From Octopus vulgaris (taxonomy: Eukaryota), in the NCBI GenBank assembly GCA_951406725.2, contig OX597823.1:51894001-51958000 (forward strand): a stretch of DNA of 64,000 nucleotides. Reading direction: 5' to 3'. How positions within the stretch are numbered: position 1 is the first letter of the stretch; each line of letters begins with the position of its first letter. Below are positions 29,568-43,754 of the stretch, in pieces. Below the pieces are notes generated by a model. The model saw only the letters and a list, made by a program, of their open reading frames with translations, was not told where the DNA came from and searched no databases. A program made the position numbers and the translations under genes.

Positions 29568-30203
29568 CGATGACGATGATGGCGATGATGATGATGATGA
29601 TGACGATGATGATGATGATGATGATGAATGATGATGATCAACTGTACAATGGTAGACCCATCTACCTTTCAAGAATGATTTGATCAACGGTGGTAGAAAA
29701 GGGACTCTGTTTCTTTATAAGAAATTAAATCAAATTGGTCATTAATCCTCTCTTTAATTCTGCTCTGCATTTCTTTTCCGAGATAGTTTGCAAGTTACTG
29801 TATGCTTGTCAAGGAGGATTGTATTTCTTTATGATGCCCATAAATTACATTTTCAAGCATCCAAGTTAGCTCTTACAGTAAGTTAAGGGTTAATTCCTTT
29901 CAGTATGGAACTACATTAAAAGAAATGATTAAAACCTGATATCTATCAACAAGAATACATTGTTAGCCTCCTCATTACATTTTACAAGCTCACAACACAC
30001 ATGCAATAAACCTTCTAATGATGTTAAGGTTTGAACTTTCTTTTGCAACTAGAAGCTTACAGTTTATCCTTTAGGCCAAAAGGACATATCTATAAGTTTA
30101 GTAATTAGCTTTAGTTTGGACTGATTAATTGCCATGGTAAGATGGAAATTTTTGCTGTTAGCATTGTTATTAATAAATGACTTGAAGATAGAAATATATC
30201 TTC

Positions 30204-30301
<98 letters not shown>

Positions 30302-30639
30302 AAATTCGCTGAAGTAAGGCCCCATTAATCATTGTAGAAATATGAAACCTTAACATCAATCTCATATGTTCTCAAAAGCTGTTGCAATGAAAGAAGAAAG
30401 TTAATTATACAAATTTTAGAATTACTATCTGAAGAGCAATTAAATCAGATTAATCCAGTTAATTTTCTGGAATATTGCTTCAAGTAAATTGGATATTAAG
30501 TTCACATCCTGGAGTCGTTTGGCTGAACATACAATGTATACACAAAACAAGCACATTTTGTGGCATATATACATATATACATATATATATGTACATACAT
30601 GTGTGTGTGTTTGTGCTTGTATATATACATTTGTGTGTA

Positions 30640-30693
<54 letters not shown>

Positions 30694-30700
30694 TATGACT

Positions 30701-32730
30701 GGTAGAAATTCTGTATTAAATCATCAACAAATAATGGGCTATTTTGAGTATATGTAGAGTGGCAGTGAGAAACTTGATCAACCCCTTCAAATTTCAAGTA
30801 CAAGGAAGATCAATAAAATTCTAAAAGCCTCACCGATGCCAATTTTATACCAACAGCTACATTTAACATCACCCGTGAATTGCCCTTCACGTGTTTTCAT
30901 TTCCTTTTTCTTCTATTATCATTCCCATCTCCTATTTGGACATCTCTTCAAACCTCTGCGCTTACCTCTTCTACATATCATTTCTTTGCTGTCTGTGCCT
31001 GACATCACAGTCCACATTTTGTCCAACATTTGCCAAGCAATTCACCAAAAACAAATGTAAATAACATATTGCAAGTTATACAATACTGATATCTCTACAA
31101 ATGACTTAATTTCCCCTAATGTGTCACCGAGGAATCTATTGAATTTGCTTGCTTTTACTTTCACCTTTTTTTATTTATATATTTATCTATTTTATTTATT
31201 TATTTTTTTTTTACATTTCTGTTCCTATTTGATATATTGTCTGACATCGAGAACATTTTAGATCAAAAAGATTTTCAGATCACATTGGAGTTTTGCTAAC
31301 TCCCATTTATATATTAAGCAGTATTTGTGAAGATCTAGTTCAAAGTTAACTGTTTTATTTGGGAATGTTTATTGCTGAGAGCTGGATAGCAGTAGTTAGT
31401 TCTGATAGTTCTGATGGAGTAAACTTGTATGTCGTAGGCAACTGACTAAATACCACATTATCAACATAGCCAAGATAATATTTGTATATTTGTAATTTTC
31501 TGTGATTTATTAGTATTGTGAAAAGACTTAAAACTCTTTACATCCATAAATACATTGTACCATTATAATAAAATGTACAAGTTTAATTTCAAGAAGAAGC
31601 GACTAATGTTTTATCTATCAGAAGATCTGTAGACAAAATATTTATTGTTCATATAAAATATGAATAATATCAGAGACAATTGGAAACTTTTTCTTCTGTA
31701 GTAATAATAATTGAGTTGTATAGTGTGACTGCAAAATTCCAGCTGCCTTTAATATTGATGGAAAAAGAGTTCAAAATGGTAAAAGCTCATCTCATATCGA
31801 TGTTATTGGATTTAGTGGATCCTGTTATTTATGCAGCCCGTGAGGAACAAAAAGGACTATGAGAAAAGCTGTTGAGGTGGAAAAGATTGCCTTGGAAATG
31901 AAAAAGATGACTGGTGCAATGCAGAACACACAAGTTGTACTGGAATAAACACAAATCAATGCAACTAGATATCTTTCCAGAATAACATATGTAGATAAGG
32001 TACCGTGACCAAAGAAGTTCATCATATTAATGGGAATAATAATCCTTTCTACTTTAGGCACATGACCTGAAATTAGTGAGAAGGGGCAAGTTGATTACAT
32101 CGACCCCAGAGTATAACTGGTACTTATTTCACTTATTTCATTGATCCCAAAAGGATGAAGGGTGAAGTTGATCTTGGTAGAATTTGAACTCAGGACAGAT
32201 GAAATTCCACTAAGCATTTTGCCTGGTCTGCTAGCAATTCTGCCAGCTCACTGCCTTGCTGCCTGATTAGTTCCTATGCCGGTGGCATGTAAAAAGCATC
32301 ATTCAAGCGTGGTCAATGCCAGGCCCACCTGACTGGCCCTCATGCCAGTGGCATGTAAAAAGCACCCACTACACTCTCAGAGTGGTCGACATTAGGAAGG
32401 ACATCCAGCTGTTGAAACTTTGCCAAGTCAGATTGGAGCCTAGTATAGCCTTCTGGCTTGCCAGTCCTCGGTCAAACCATCCAACCCATGCCAGCATGGA
32501 AAGCGGACATATGACAATGATGACGATGATGAATAATAGGAGGAAAAAAAAAAGGAAGGAAATATGTGAAGGGCAATTCACAGGTAATGTTAAATATAGC
32601 TGTTGGGACAAAATTGGCATCAGTGAGGTCATACTTAAAATGTAAAGGAGCTGATCAAGTTTTACACTACCACTTTACATATACTCAAAATAGCCCATTA
32701 TCTATTGGTGATTTAATACTGAAATTCTAC
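30701..32730. mobile_element. Non-autonomous DNA transposon with ~200-bp TIRs, carrying SINE/LINE insertions
   Basis: 30701-30910 is the diverged reverse complement of 32545-32730 (GGTAGAA.TT...AATGGGCTATTTTGAGTATATGTA.AGTGG...GAATTGCCCTTCAC). Confidence 0.7.
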
Positions 32731-34466
32731 CTGACCAGGGAGCATATAGCTAAAGGAGTAGATTTAGGAAGCCAATGCACAAGAGCAATATATGAGATGG
32801 ACAAATTGAGCTATTGTCAAGCATGTTGTGGATTCCTTTTAAGAGTGGTAATCAGTGGAGGATGGAGTGACACAGCTACTGCCACTTACAGAGTTTGCCT
32901 GGAAGTATGATTCAATATTCTTTTCTACTCTAGGAACAAGGCCTGAAATTTTGGGGGAGGGGGCCAGTCGATTAGATCAACCCCAGTACAAAATGGGTAC
33001 TTAATTTATTGACTCTGAAAGGATGAAAGGCCAAGTTGACCTCGGCGGAATTTGAACTCAGAACACGAAGACAGACGAAATACCACCAAGTATTTAGTCC
33101 AGCATGTTAACGTTTGGTATGATACAATATTGAGAATTCTTGGTGGTGTGCAAAAACAGTAGTTCCCAAAGTGGGTGGTACTGCCTCCTTGGGGTAGTGG
33201 AAAGATCCAGAATGCATTGATAATAGCGGGGGGCTGATAATAGCTGGGACAAAAACCCCAAAATAATGGGTTAACTAGGTTAACTTTTATTTGTGAAATA
33301 CAGTTGTTTTGAATTCATAGCAGAAAGTGGTCTATGTCTGTGGTGGGGAGAGGGTGCTAGGAATGTGGCCTGAGTGCCAAGCAGGGCAGCAGACTGAGAA
33401 AGTTTGGAAAACCACTGTACTAAAACAACAGTGCAGGAGTGTCATGGCAAGATGAATCAGTATCAAGTTGTTCTCTGTTACTTTGGACAATGAGAGTAAC
33501 AAAAGACAATATGAGAAAGTAGACAAATGAAATTTGGTGCATAAATTTCTGCATAATGCTAATGACTAAAAGATGCAGTGAATTTCAAAAACTAAGCAAT
33601 AAAGAAGCAACAGCTGAACATTATGGTGTGACCTGACTTGGCAAAATAAGTCCTGAATGTTGAGGTGATGGTACCATGGAAAGACAATATGAAGAGGATA
33701 TAGACGGAGGAGAAAAATGTGCCAGAATGTGGATCAAAAGAATTCAGATATCCTCTAGTAGCATCATTGTGTACTAGCAGTACTAAATAGCATAATACAG
33801 TTGCAAAGTGCCAAAATTGTTGTGGTCAAGAGATGAAGGTAGTATCCTGTAGTGTAAGCACTATGTTAAATAATGAAATATTGAGATAAAAAATTGGATA
33901 TTAGTGACAGAGGTAGCATTATGACTGAATGGCAGTCTTTGTATTCTACTTAATGTGGATATATTATGAGAGCACTGTAGTACTGTGAAATTTGTTCTGA
34001 GAAAGTCTCTCGTACATATGAATTCTATAGTGACCAGTTGTTCCTTGCTGAATTCTAGATACGCTTATATTTTCATATATGAATCCGTGTGGTTAGAATG
34101 CCATAGGAATGGATTGCAAGAAAGATTCTTCAACCTGAGTCAATTAGCAGGAGACCTAGGAGTAGACCGAAGAATGAGATAGTTGGATAATATCTATAGT
34201 CTTGGTCACTTTTGAGAATCCAGCAGAGAAGTGTAATGATGGCTGCTTCTGATAGAACCCAATTGATGAGGTGCCTGAGGACTCTTCCTCCATGACACTG
34301 TCAGGAATAGTGTGTGGCAAAAATGGATAGATGGATGGATGATATACAATAAGCATTCAAGGTATACCAATAATGCACTTTTACATACTTTCTGTCCATT
34401 TATAATATCCATGGTTATTATAAACACATTTACTATTGACATTCAAACATAAGACTGCATGCTGTG

Positions 34467-34904
34467 CCTTTAGCATTCAGATTAACCCTTCAGCATTCAG
34501 ATTAACACTTTAGCATTCAGATTAACCCTTTAACATTCAGATTAGCCCTTCAGCATTCAGATTAACCCTTTAGCATTCAGATTAACCCTTTAGCATTCAG
34601 ATTAACCCTTCAGCATTCAGATTAACACTTTAACATTCAGATTAGCCCTTCAGCATTCAGATTAACTCTTTAACATTCAGATTAACCCTTCAGCATTCAG
34701 ATTAACCCTTTAACATTCAGATTAGCCCTTCAGCATTCAGATTAACTCTTTAACATTCAGATTAACCCTTTAGCATTCAGATTAACCCTTCAGCATTCAG
34801 ATTAACCTTTTAGCATTCAGATTAACCCTTTAGCATTCAGATTAGCCCTTCAGCGTTCAGATTAACCCTTTAGCATTCAGATTAACCCTTTAGCATTCAG
34901 ATTA
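34467..34904 (+). repeat. 20-bp minisatellite (ATTAACCCTTTAGCATTCAG)n, about 21.7 copies
   Basis: Directly visible tandem units with variants; the last unit is the left end of a MITE continuing to about 35110. Confidence 0.95.
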
Positions 34905-37278
34905 TTCTATCCAATAAAATGATTTTTTATTCACATTCTTTTGAATTAATCATGAATTATCTTGTAGCTTTGTGATTTCAAAGATTTGATTATATATTTT
35001 TTGAATGATATTGTAGGAGAGGTGTGAGAGATCAGATCTGGTCAGTTTGGACATAAAACAGCTAAAATATTTAGGTTAGGTATGGCCAGTTTAAACACTG
35101 AAGATTTAATCTTGATATTCAGCTTAATGTTCTTTGCAAAGTTTTGGATACACACAGTATACCTTGGAATCACAGTGGACAAGGCTACCATACTTACATA
35201 ATTAGTGTAAGCAAGCTGATAGTTACAAAACAGACTTAAAACTATTGGGAAATACACATTTTGGAAACCAAATACATCAGTGGTATAATAGAAATAGTGA
35301 ATAATTAGTACAGCAAGCTAGACAACCCAAATTCAATATATGCAGTGGATACAATCAGAATCTGTTGGATCGTATTTGAGTCAGTAATGTATGTAGAATA
35401 AGCCTAAGATGCTTATCATTCAATAGCCATTTCTATCAGTGAAAGTAGTAATTTTCACTCTTAGAGAAATGTAATGAAAAATCAAAATTCTTCCTGAAAT
35501 TGCAAGTCAACCCTAAAAGATTGCGCTTAAATGAAGAACTAATATAGCCAATTCAAAATTTTATTGTTATAATTTGAATTACCAATGCTTATAAAGAAAT
35601 GTCAATTTGTATCTGATTGATTAAATTTTCTTCAAATTCTAGTAGACAGTCTTCCTAATCAAAACTAAAGAGTATTCGATACAGAGGGGCACATATGGAT
35701 CCATTTATCTAAATTGAGAAATATGATGGTAACTTGTTATTATAATAGTATAAACCTAATTAATGACCAACAGTATCTTCATAGCTCATCTTTATTAATT
35801 AATGTGATAATTAATATGATAATTTATGATTCTGTTGCTGGTTTTAGTCATTTAAAAGGACTGCTGTCTTGTTGGAGCATCACCTTCAAGAGTTTTAGAT
35901 TATATCAACCCCAGTATTTAACCCCATAAACACAAACACATACACACATACATACACACTCATACATGCACATACACACTCATACATGCACATACACACT
36001 AACACACTCAGTGTCTTCTACTATAGCCTCGGGCCAGCCAAAGCTTTATGAATGGATTTGGTAGATGGAAACTGAAACAAACTCATCATGTGTGTGTGTG
36101 TGCTTGTATGTGCTTATATCCCCATAACTTAGTGGTTCAGCAAAAGAGAGTGATAGAATAAGTGCCAGGTTTTTAAAAAAGAAAATAAGTTTAGCAACTG
36201 ATTCATTTGCCTAAGTATTCTTCAAAGGAGTGCCCCAGCATGGCCACAGTCTAATAACTGAAGCTGTGAAAAACCTAAAAGATAATATTGAGGACTATAA
36301 ATGAACTTAGAGCTTGGCAGACTCCAGAATTCATGGAGAGAAATGGACTGATAGTAAGATAAATAAAGGTGCACAGATTGCCAATAACAAGCTGCATTTA
36401 ATGTTGGCAGCAATAAACACAATGAGAAACGAAAGCATAAAAAAAAAAACATAGAAAATAAACTTTTCGAACAATGAAAGAAAACAGAGAAACAAGACAT
36501 ACAACATAAAGAATATTCCCCTTCATCAGTTGTCCCTGTTTCATCTACTCCACATACCGAAGGCAAGGACAATAGTTGACTTCGTTGAAACAGTCCTTCC
36601 CACAAAATAAATTGAATAAAATTTGGGATTTTTTGTGGAAGGTGAAAATGATAACAAGAACAGGACAGTGAGAACAAGACAGTAAAAACAAATGGTGAGG
36701 GCTGTTAAGCCAAGACGATAGAAAAATTATTATGAACGCTAGGAGGACGAGCTTATGAAAGGAGACAGGTATAAGCATGTGTTGTCTTTAGGAAGGTAAT
36801 GAACAGAAAGATAGATTCTCTTTCGTCACATGAGAGTGATGAGAGAGTCAAGGAGGAAGAGTGAGAGAGAAGGAATGGTGAAGAGAGAAGAATAGGGAAG
36901 GGTGGGAGAGAAAACCAGAAAGGATGAAGAACAAGGGAGGGAGAGAGACTGACAGAGAAGAGATAGTAGAGATAGAAGATTGCGCGTCATAATTATTAGG
37001 ATAAAACTTACCTGGAAAAGGATGCATGCCGTTCGATCATATAATGATATAAATGATATATAAATACATGCATATAAATAAGTTTGTTTTCGATGTTTTT
37101 GTTTTTACGTTTTTGTTTCTCAATGTTTTCAACGTTTTTTGATGTCCTGTACCCATATATGCATGTACATATACATATATATGTAGGTATGTACATATAT
37201 GTATGTATATATGCATATATTTATATATTATTTATATTATTATATGATTGAATGCCACTCATCCTTTTCCAAGTAAGT

Positions 37279-37310
<32 letters not shown>

Positions 37311-37402
37311 TAATCCAAACAAGAAAACAAAAAACAACAACGCAAGGATGTGGAACAAATAAAGTATTATTGGACGCTCAGGAAAGAAAGGAAGAAGGAG
37401 GG

Positions 37403-37435
37403 TTTGATGTTTCAAGCGGAGCTCCTCGTCGGAAA
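37403..37435 (-). ncRNA. Degenerate minimal hammerhead-like motif
   Basis: TTT-CCGACGA-GGAGC tcc GCTT-GAAA-CA-TC-AAA; related relic at about 3441-3478(-). Confidence 0.4.
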
Positions 37436-37529
37436 CATAGGAGAAAGAAACATCCTGAGATGGGAAGGACAGAGGAAAAAAAAAAAAAAAAAAATTGCAG
37501 GTAGTCTACACGAGGTCACATATATATAT

Positions 37530-39050
37530 ATCTTGCTGTATTTCAGGATAGTCATTTTTTTTGCCAAATAAATACACACACTGTACATACTTCCCTTCAC
37601 TTGTTTATTACTGTTCTTATTCTATTATTCTAACTCATGTCTATTGTCTAGAAATCTTTCGTCTCACATCTGTGACCTCTTCAGCGACACTTTTTATTTT
37701 TGTGTGTTCTTGCTCCACTTACTCTGTTCTGTTCTTCTAAGATGTGTATCCTTATGTGTGTGTGTGTATGTGTTTGTATATGTGTGTGTGTCATAGTTTT
37801 AGCAGCAGTGTGGCCTTTTCCTCAGCCCCATCCTTTCCCCCATTGTGCTGCTGCTGTCCTAAGACCTGAAAAAAAAATGGTACAGTTCCTGTATTCCTCT
37901 GTGTATGTGTTCGTCCATGGTGTTGCCATTGCGGTAGTTGTTGTTGTTGTTATTGCCATCTTAAGCACAGCCGCTGCTTCTGACCATGTTAGTTGTGTTA
38001 TTGACATTGTGATGGCCATCCATGAAGTTTCATGTGTGTGCGTTTGTGTGTGTTCACGGATTCACTTTGTATGTATCAATGCCTTTTATATAGTTTTATT
38101 TATTTATTTATCTATCGCTGTCTTACATTTATCACAGGTATGTAACAGATATATTTATATATTTATTTATTTACTTTTTTTATACATCTCTATTCCTCAT
38201 AAGTATCACAGGTAAGTGCATATATGTCTATTGTATATCACCCTGTATGTTTCAGTGTATTATTTACGTTTTTGTTTACCTTTTTCTTCTCTCTTCTCAT
38301 CTCTACTGTCTTTAATGATGTGGTGTGGTGGTGGAGTTACTACTCCATTCGTATTTTGTATTGAGGCTCAGTCTGTCTACTGTTATGTGTGTAGCCTCTG
38401 TAAACTGTCTAAGTGTCATGTCAGTTCTATGACTCAATAGTACTTTAACCTCTTTGCTATTAATCGAGCCTCCATGTTCTGTCTGGGCATATTGGTAGAG
38501 TACTGATGAGCTTTTCCCTTCTTTGAGATCTCGCCAATCTTCACCTATAGGCTCTCCTATGCTGCACACAGTGGCACTGCCAATGATGGCAATAACAAAA
38601 ACAACAACTACCATGATGGTAAGACTGTGGGCAAACACACATATACAGAGGAATACCAGAACTGAACCATATTTTTATTCAGGTCGTAGGACAGCAGCAG
38701 CACAATGGAGTGAGAGGATGGGACTGAGGGGAAGGCCACACATACACACACACACACAGACAAGGACACAAATGCATGCACACATAAGGATACATATCTT
38801 AGAAGAACAAAATGGAGTAAGTGGAGCAAAAACACACGAAAATGAAAAGTATCACTGAAGAGGTCACAGATGTGTGATGAAAGATTCCTGGATAATGGAC
38901 GTGAGTTAAAATAATAAAAGAAGAACAGTAATAAATGAGTGAAGAAAATAATATATAGTGTGTGTGATTATTTGGTAAAACGAAAAAAAATGACCATCCC
39001 CCAAATACAACATCTGTTTCAACACACGATTTCACGAGGAATCAGGAATC
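37530..39050. mobile_element. Head-to-head inverted PLE-type LTR pair with HHR relics
   Basis: About 37530-37975 is the diverged reverse complement of about 38560-39050. Each arm has CTGAAGA-G-GTCACA gatg TG(T/A)GA(C/T)-GAAA-GATT (37645-37690 minus, 38850-38895 plus). (TA)n lies at the outer ends. Confidence 0.7.
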
Positions 39051-39086
39051 ATGCAAAATGAATTGATGAACGTACATATATATATA

Positions 39087-39472
39087 CTAGCAGTATCGCC
39101 CGGCGTTGCTCAGGTTTGTAAGGGAAATAACTATAAAGCATTTTTAGAGAGTTATAGCCAAAAAATAGCAAAAAAATGGAAAAAAATGATGGTAAATTTT
39201 TTTTTTGATAGTTAAAAAAGGTGGAGTTGCGTCCCATACACAGTTTGTGGTTTGTGTTCCTGATTCTCGACCCCATGTCGAATTTATCGACTTTTTTCAG
39301 AACTGGGGGAACTTTTCAAAATTTTCGCTGCGTTAGTTTTGAATTATGACATTGGGCTATGTGTGTGTCAAGTTTCATCAGAATCGGTTGAAAGCCGTGG
39401 TCAGGGTGAGGGTACAAGCGAACAGACACACAGAAACACGCACAGACAAACTGCCGTTTATATTGAGAGAGA
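39087..39472 (-). mobile_element. Non-autonomous Helitron
   Basis: Minus strand has 5' TC and a 3' subterminal hairpin CCTGAGCAACGCCGGG followed by CTAG; inserted between A and T. Confidence 0.7.
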
Positions 39473-39518
39473 TAGATATATGTATATCTATCTACCTATC
39501 TAGCTATTTATCTATCTC

Positions 39519-39587
<69 letters not shown>

Positions 39588-39707
39588 TTCTGTGATACAC
39601 GATCCCTATTGATCTTTTTTTTTTCCCCAAAAAAGAAACGTTCTACTTTGTAATCTGTCCCGTCTGTGTGGCTAATAAAGAAACATATCTATGTATCTAT
39701 CTATCTA

Positions 39708-39772
<65 letters not shown>

Positions 39773-40045
39773 CCTGCACCACCTGACTGTCTCCCATGCC
39801 AGTGGCATGTAAAAAAGCCCAATCTGAATGTGGTTGATGCTAGCCCCCTCACACCATCTGGGTCCTGTGCCAGTGACACATAAAAAGCACCCACTACACT
39901 CTCGGAGTGGTTGGCATTAGGAAGGGAATCCAGCTGTAAAAACATTGCCAGATCAGTCTGAAGCCTGGTACAGCCTTCTGGCTTGCCAGTCCTCAGTCAA
40001 ACCGTCCAACCCATGGAGAGCAGACATTAAAAATGATGATGATGA

Positions 40046-40104
<59 letters not shown>

Positions 40105-40206
40105 TATACATAAATATACACACTGCCATCCAAAGGATTTTACCCAGACTATATTACTTTTGGTGAGTAAAAATAAAGTCATATATTTTATGAACACACC
40201 TGGTGT

Positions 40207-40252
<46 letters not shown>

Positions 40253-41645
40253 AACGGGCTTCTTTCAGTTTCCTTTTGCCAAATTTACTTATAAGGCTTT
40301 TGCCAGCCATATGAGGCCCAAGGTTTTGAAGAAATACAGTTTTAGTGAGAAATATTTTTTTTAAAGAGATCTACTTGGATATCAAGTGATCTGATTTGTG
40401 ACTATTGTGAAAAGACAGAATTTAGCCATTTGGAAAAACAGAAAGACTTAAGTTTACTTAAACATTTGATGTTTGTAATATGCTGTCAAAATCTAAGGTG
40501 GTAAGCTGGCAGAATTGTTAGCTTGCCAGGCAAAATGCTTAATGGCATTTTGGCCATCCTTATATTATGAGATCAAATTCTGCTGAGATCGACTTTGCCT
40601 TTTATCCTTTTGGCATTGATTAAATAAGGTACCAGTCAAGCACTGGGGCTGATGTAATTGACTTAACCCTTCTACCAAACTTGTTGGCCTTGTGTCAAAA
40701 TTTTAAATCAATATGATGTTAAAATTTTCCTCACTCCGAATTGTGATCAGGTCACAAGCAATGTTGCACTGCATATTTTTTATGTCACAAGGGAAGAGAG
40801 ATGTCTAAAGTTTTAGAAAGAGAATTAAATAGTGATGTTAATTCTATGTTGCATAACTGAGTCTGAGGGAATTAAGGAGGAGAAGTAACGTTGAAGGAGA
40901 GATGGAGAGAGAAGGGTGAAAGAGGGAGGGAGAAGAGAATTGATAAAGTGAGGATGGAGAGAGAGACTCAGTGTGAGATGGTGTTAGTTGTGTGTGGGAG
41001 ATTGTGTGAGTTATGAGAGAGGAAGTAGATTGTGAAGGAGGGAAGGTCAACTTAGTAATAACATAGAGGTCATTTGAAATGGTGCTGCAGGTGGGTGAGC
41101 TAAGAGATATAAGAGAAAAAGGGAACAAGGAGGTGAGGTGACCAAAGGTCATACACATGATAGTTTGGCCATACACACACAAACATGATGGAAGAGGAGG
41201 CAGACAGCAGGGTGGGAATCTGATGGAAGTGGTTAGAACAATAGATTAATAAAAGTTTGTAGGAGAAAAATAAATTTAAAGAATTGGTCGCTGTGAGGAA
41301 GTGGAATGTTGTAAGCAGTCAGTGTTATAGGGACTATTACATGTACTTAGAATGAGGGCAGAGAAGTGTTATAGTATAACATGTGAAGAAGAAGTAGAAA
41401 ATTAAAGATATATGAATAAAACAGGGAGCAGGTGCACTATATGCAAGTAGAGTAAGATGTACACATCCGTATATATGCATACACGCATGCAAGCACAAAT
41501 ATGTATGCATGCATGCACATACATGCACTCACTTGTAGACACATACATCAATTAATAATGGGAAACAGAAAAGCAGGTATTTGATACCAGAATAAGAGTG
41601 CAATAATTTAGTTTGGCTAATCCAGTTAACTGTGATTCTTTAAGG

Positions 41646-42523
41646 CAGTGATTCTCAACCATTTTTTGCCTATAGACCCTTTTGATTCTTATTTTACTCT
41701 ACAGGACTCCCATGTTAAAAAAAAAAGAAAAGCACTGTTATTTTTTTAAATTGAATATTTTTAGGAGTTGTATAGAAAAAATTAGAATATTTTCTGTATT
41801 GTAGAATTATAACCAATTTATTGAAGGCACATAGCTCTATGATTAGAGCATTAGGCTTACAGTCATTAGGTAATGAGTTTGACTCTCAGACTAGGCTCTG
41901 TGCTGTGTTCTTGAGCAAAACACTTTATTTCACATTGCCCCAATTCACTCCTCTGTAGAAATGAGCTGCAACATCACTGGTGCTAAGATGTATCACCCAA
42001 AAGGTGGTGAACTGGCAGAAAAGGCAACGAAATGGCAGGAAAGGTGGCGAACTGGCAGAAGTGTTAGCGTGCCGAGCAAAATACTTAGTGGTATTTCGTC
42101 TGCCATTATGTTCTGAGTTCAAATTCAGCCGAGGTCGACTTTGCCTTTCATCCTTTTGGGGTTAATAAATTAAGTACCAGTTATGCACTGGGGTCAATGT
42201 AATCGACTTAATCTCTTTGTTTGTCCTTGTTTGTCCCCTCTATGTTTAGCCCCTTGTGGGCAATAAAGAAATAAGATGTATTGGCCTTACCGCTTTCCAT
42301 TGGACAACACTGGTGGCATGGAGAGGGGAGACTGGTATGATGGGCAACTGCTGGTCTTCCATAAACAACTTTGTCTTGGCTTGTGCCTCAGAGGGGAACT
42401 TTCTAGGTGTGATCCCATGGTCATTCATGACCAAAAGGTGTCTTTACCCTTTACTCTAACCAATTTATTGCACACAAATTTTAACAATAAAATCTTATAT
42501 GGAACACCTGTTGAGAACCACTG
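41646..42523. mobile_element. hAT-type MITE containing SINE C, which contains SINE B
   Basis: CAGTGATTCTCAAC / GTTGAGAACCACTG termini; SINE C flanked by a 13-bp TSD AACCAATTTATTG (41811-41823 and 42458-42470); SINE B at about 42041-42272. Confidence 0.8.
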
Positions 42524-43640
42524 TTTAAGAGTTACCTGAAATGAGTTGACAGTTTCCTAGAGTGGAAAAAAACTAAATTGTGTGCATGCATGTATATACA
42601 CATCCACCCCACCCCCCACACACATACACATGCATATAAAGCAGATACTGTATTCAGATCAGGTTATAATCCAAGCTGTGTTCTTCTGAAGCATATCTGC
42701 TTATTCCAGTACTCCAAAATTATATGTAGATGTTATAATTGTGTGAGGTTGAAAAATACGGGTTGAAAAATACTGGAAAGTATTTTTTGATGAGTAATAT
42801 TTTTATCTTTATCATTGATTTGTTTCAGTCACTGAACTGCAGTCATTCAGGGGCACCACGTTGAAGGGTTTAGGCTAACAAATTGACCCCAGTACTTATT
42901 TTTTAAAGCCTGATAATATTTTATCAGTGTCCTTTGCTGAACTGCTATGCTACAAGGAAGTAAACAAGCCAACCTCAGTTGTCAAGCAGGGTTAGGATGA
43001 GATTAAAAAAAAAAACAAATACAAAGTCACACCACACACACACTGTGATATATCCATATAAATATATGATGGGCTTCTTTCAGTTTCCATCTACTAAATC
43101 ACTTATAAGGCCTCCTTGGTCTGCCCAAGACTAGAGAAGAACACACATTGTCCGCAAACATATATAAAATATCTACACATGTGCAAGTGCATGTGTACGT
43201 GCGCACACACACACACATACACAAATGACTGACTAGTAGAATGTGAGATGTTCATGCATGCCTTTTAACAAGAAAAATCCTGTTGAAATTATTGAATTTT
43301 CCCCCCTGTGCTTACAGATGGAGGCGAAACCATGATAGTTGATTGAAAGAATAGCCAGAACTAAATTGTCTTGCTGCATATTTGGAGAATGTACTCCAAA
43401 GATCGTGAAGGTGTTCTTGAAAGCAATCACCTGAACAACATCTGGTTTCACTTAAATGTGGCAATTGTAAAACTTTCAATTGATACTATGAATGATGTTG
43501 ATGAAGGTTCAATCAAAAGTACAAGTGACAAAGGATACAGTTTAAGTGACATCGAAATTTAATTAGTGGTGGGAGTTGTGCAATTATTGACATAATGTTT
43601 AAGAGGAAAGGACAAATGAAGCAAACAGAAGGTGAATGTG

Positions 43641-43754
43641 TAACCTTTGGCACACTGTAGGTGCAGCATGTCACTCTATGAGTTTTGTCCCCTGTAATAA
43701 CAAGCCAATGGCAGGGAAAACAACTCTAAGAAAATGCAGTGTGCTAAGGGTTAA
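43641..43754. mobile_element. Short piggyBac-type MITE
   Basis: TAACCTTTGGCACACTG ... CAGTGTGCTAAGGG-TTAA. Confidence 0.55.

Noticed and set aside
34467-34904. CRISPR-like appearance, and resemblance of TTAACCC to a telomere repeat
   Set aside because: There are no unique spacers or cas genes; the unit derives from a MITE terminus.
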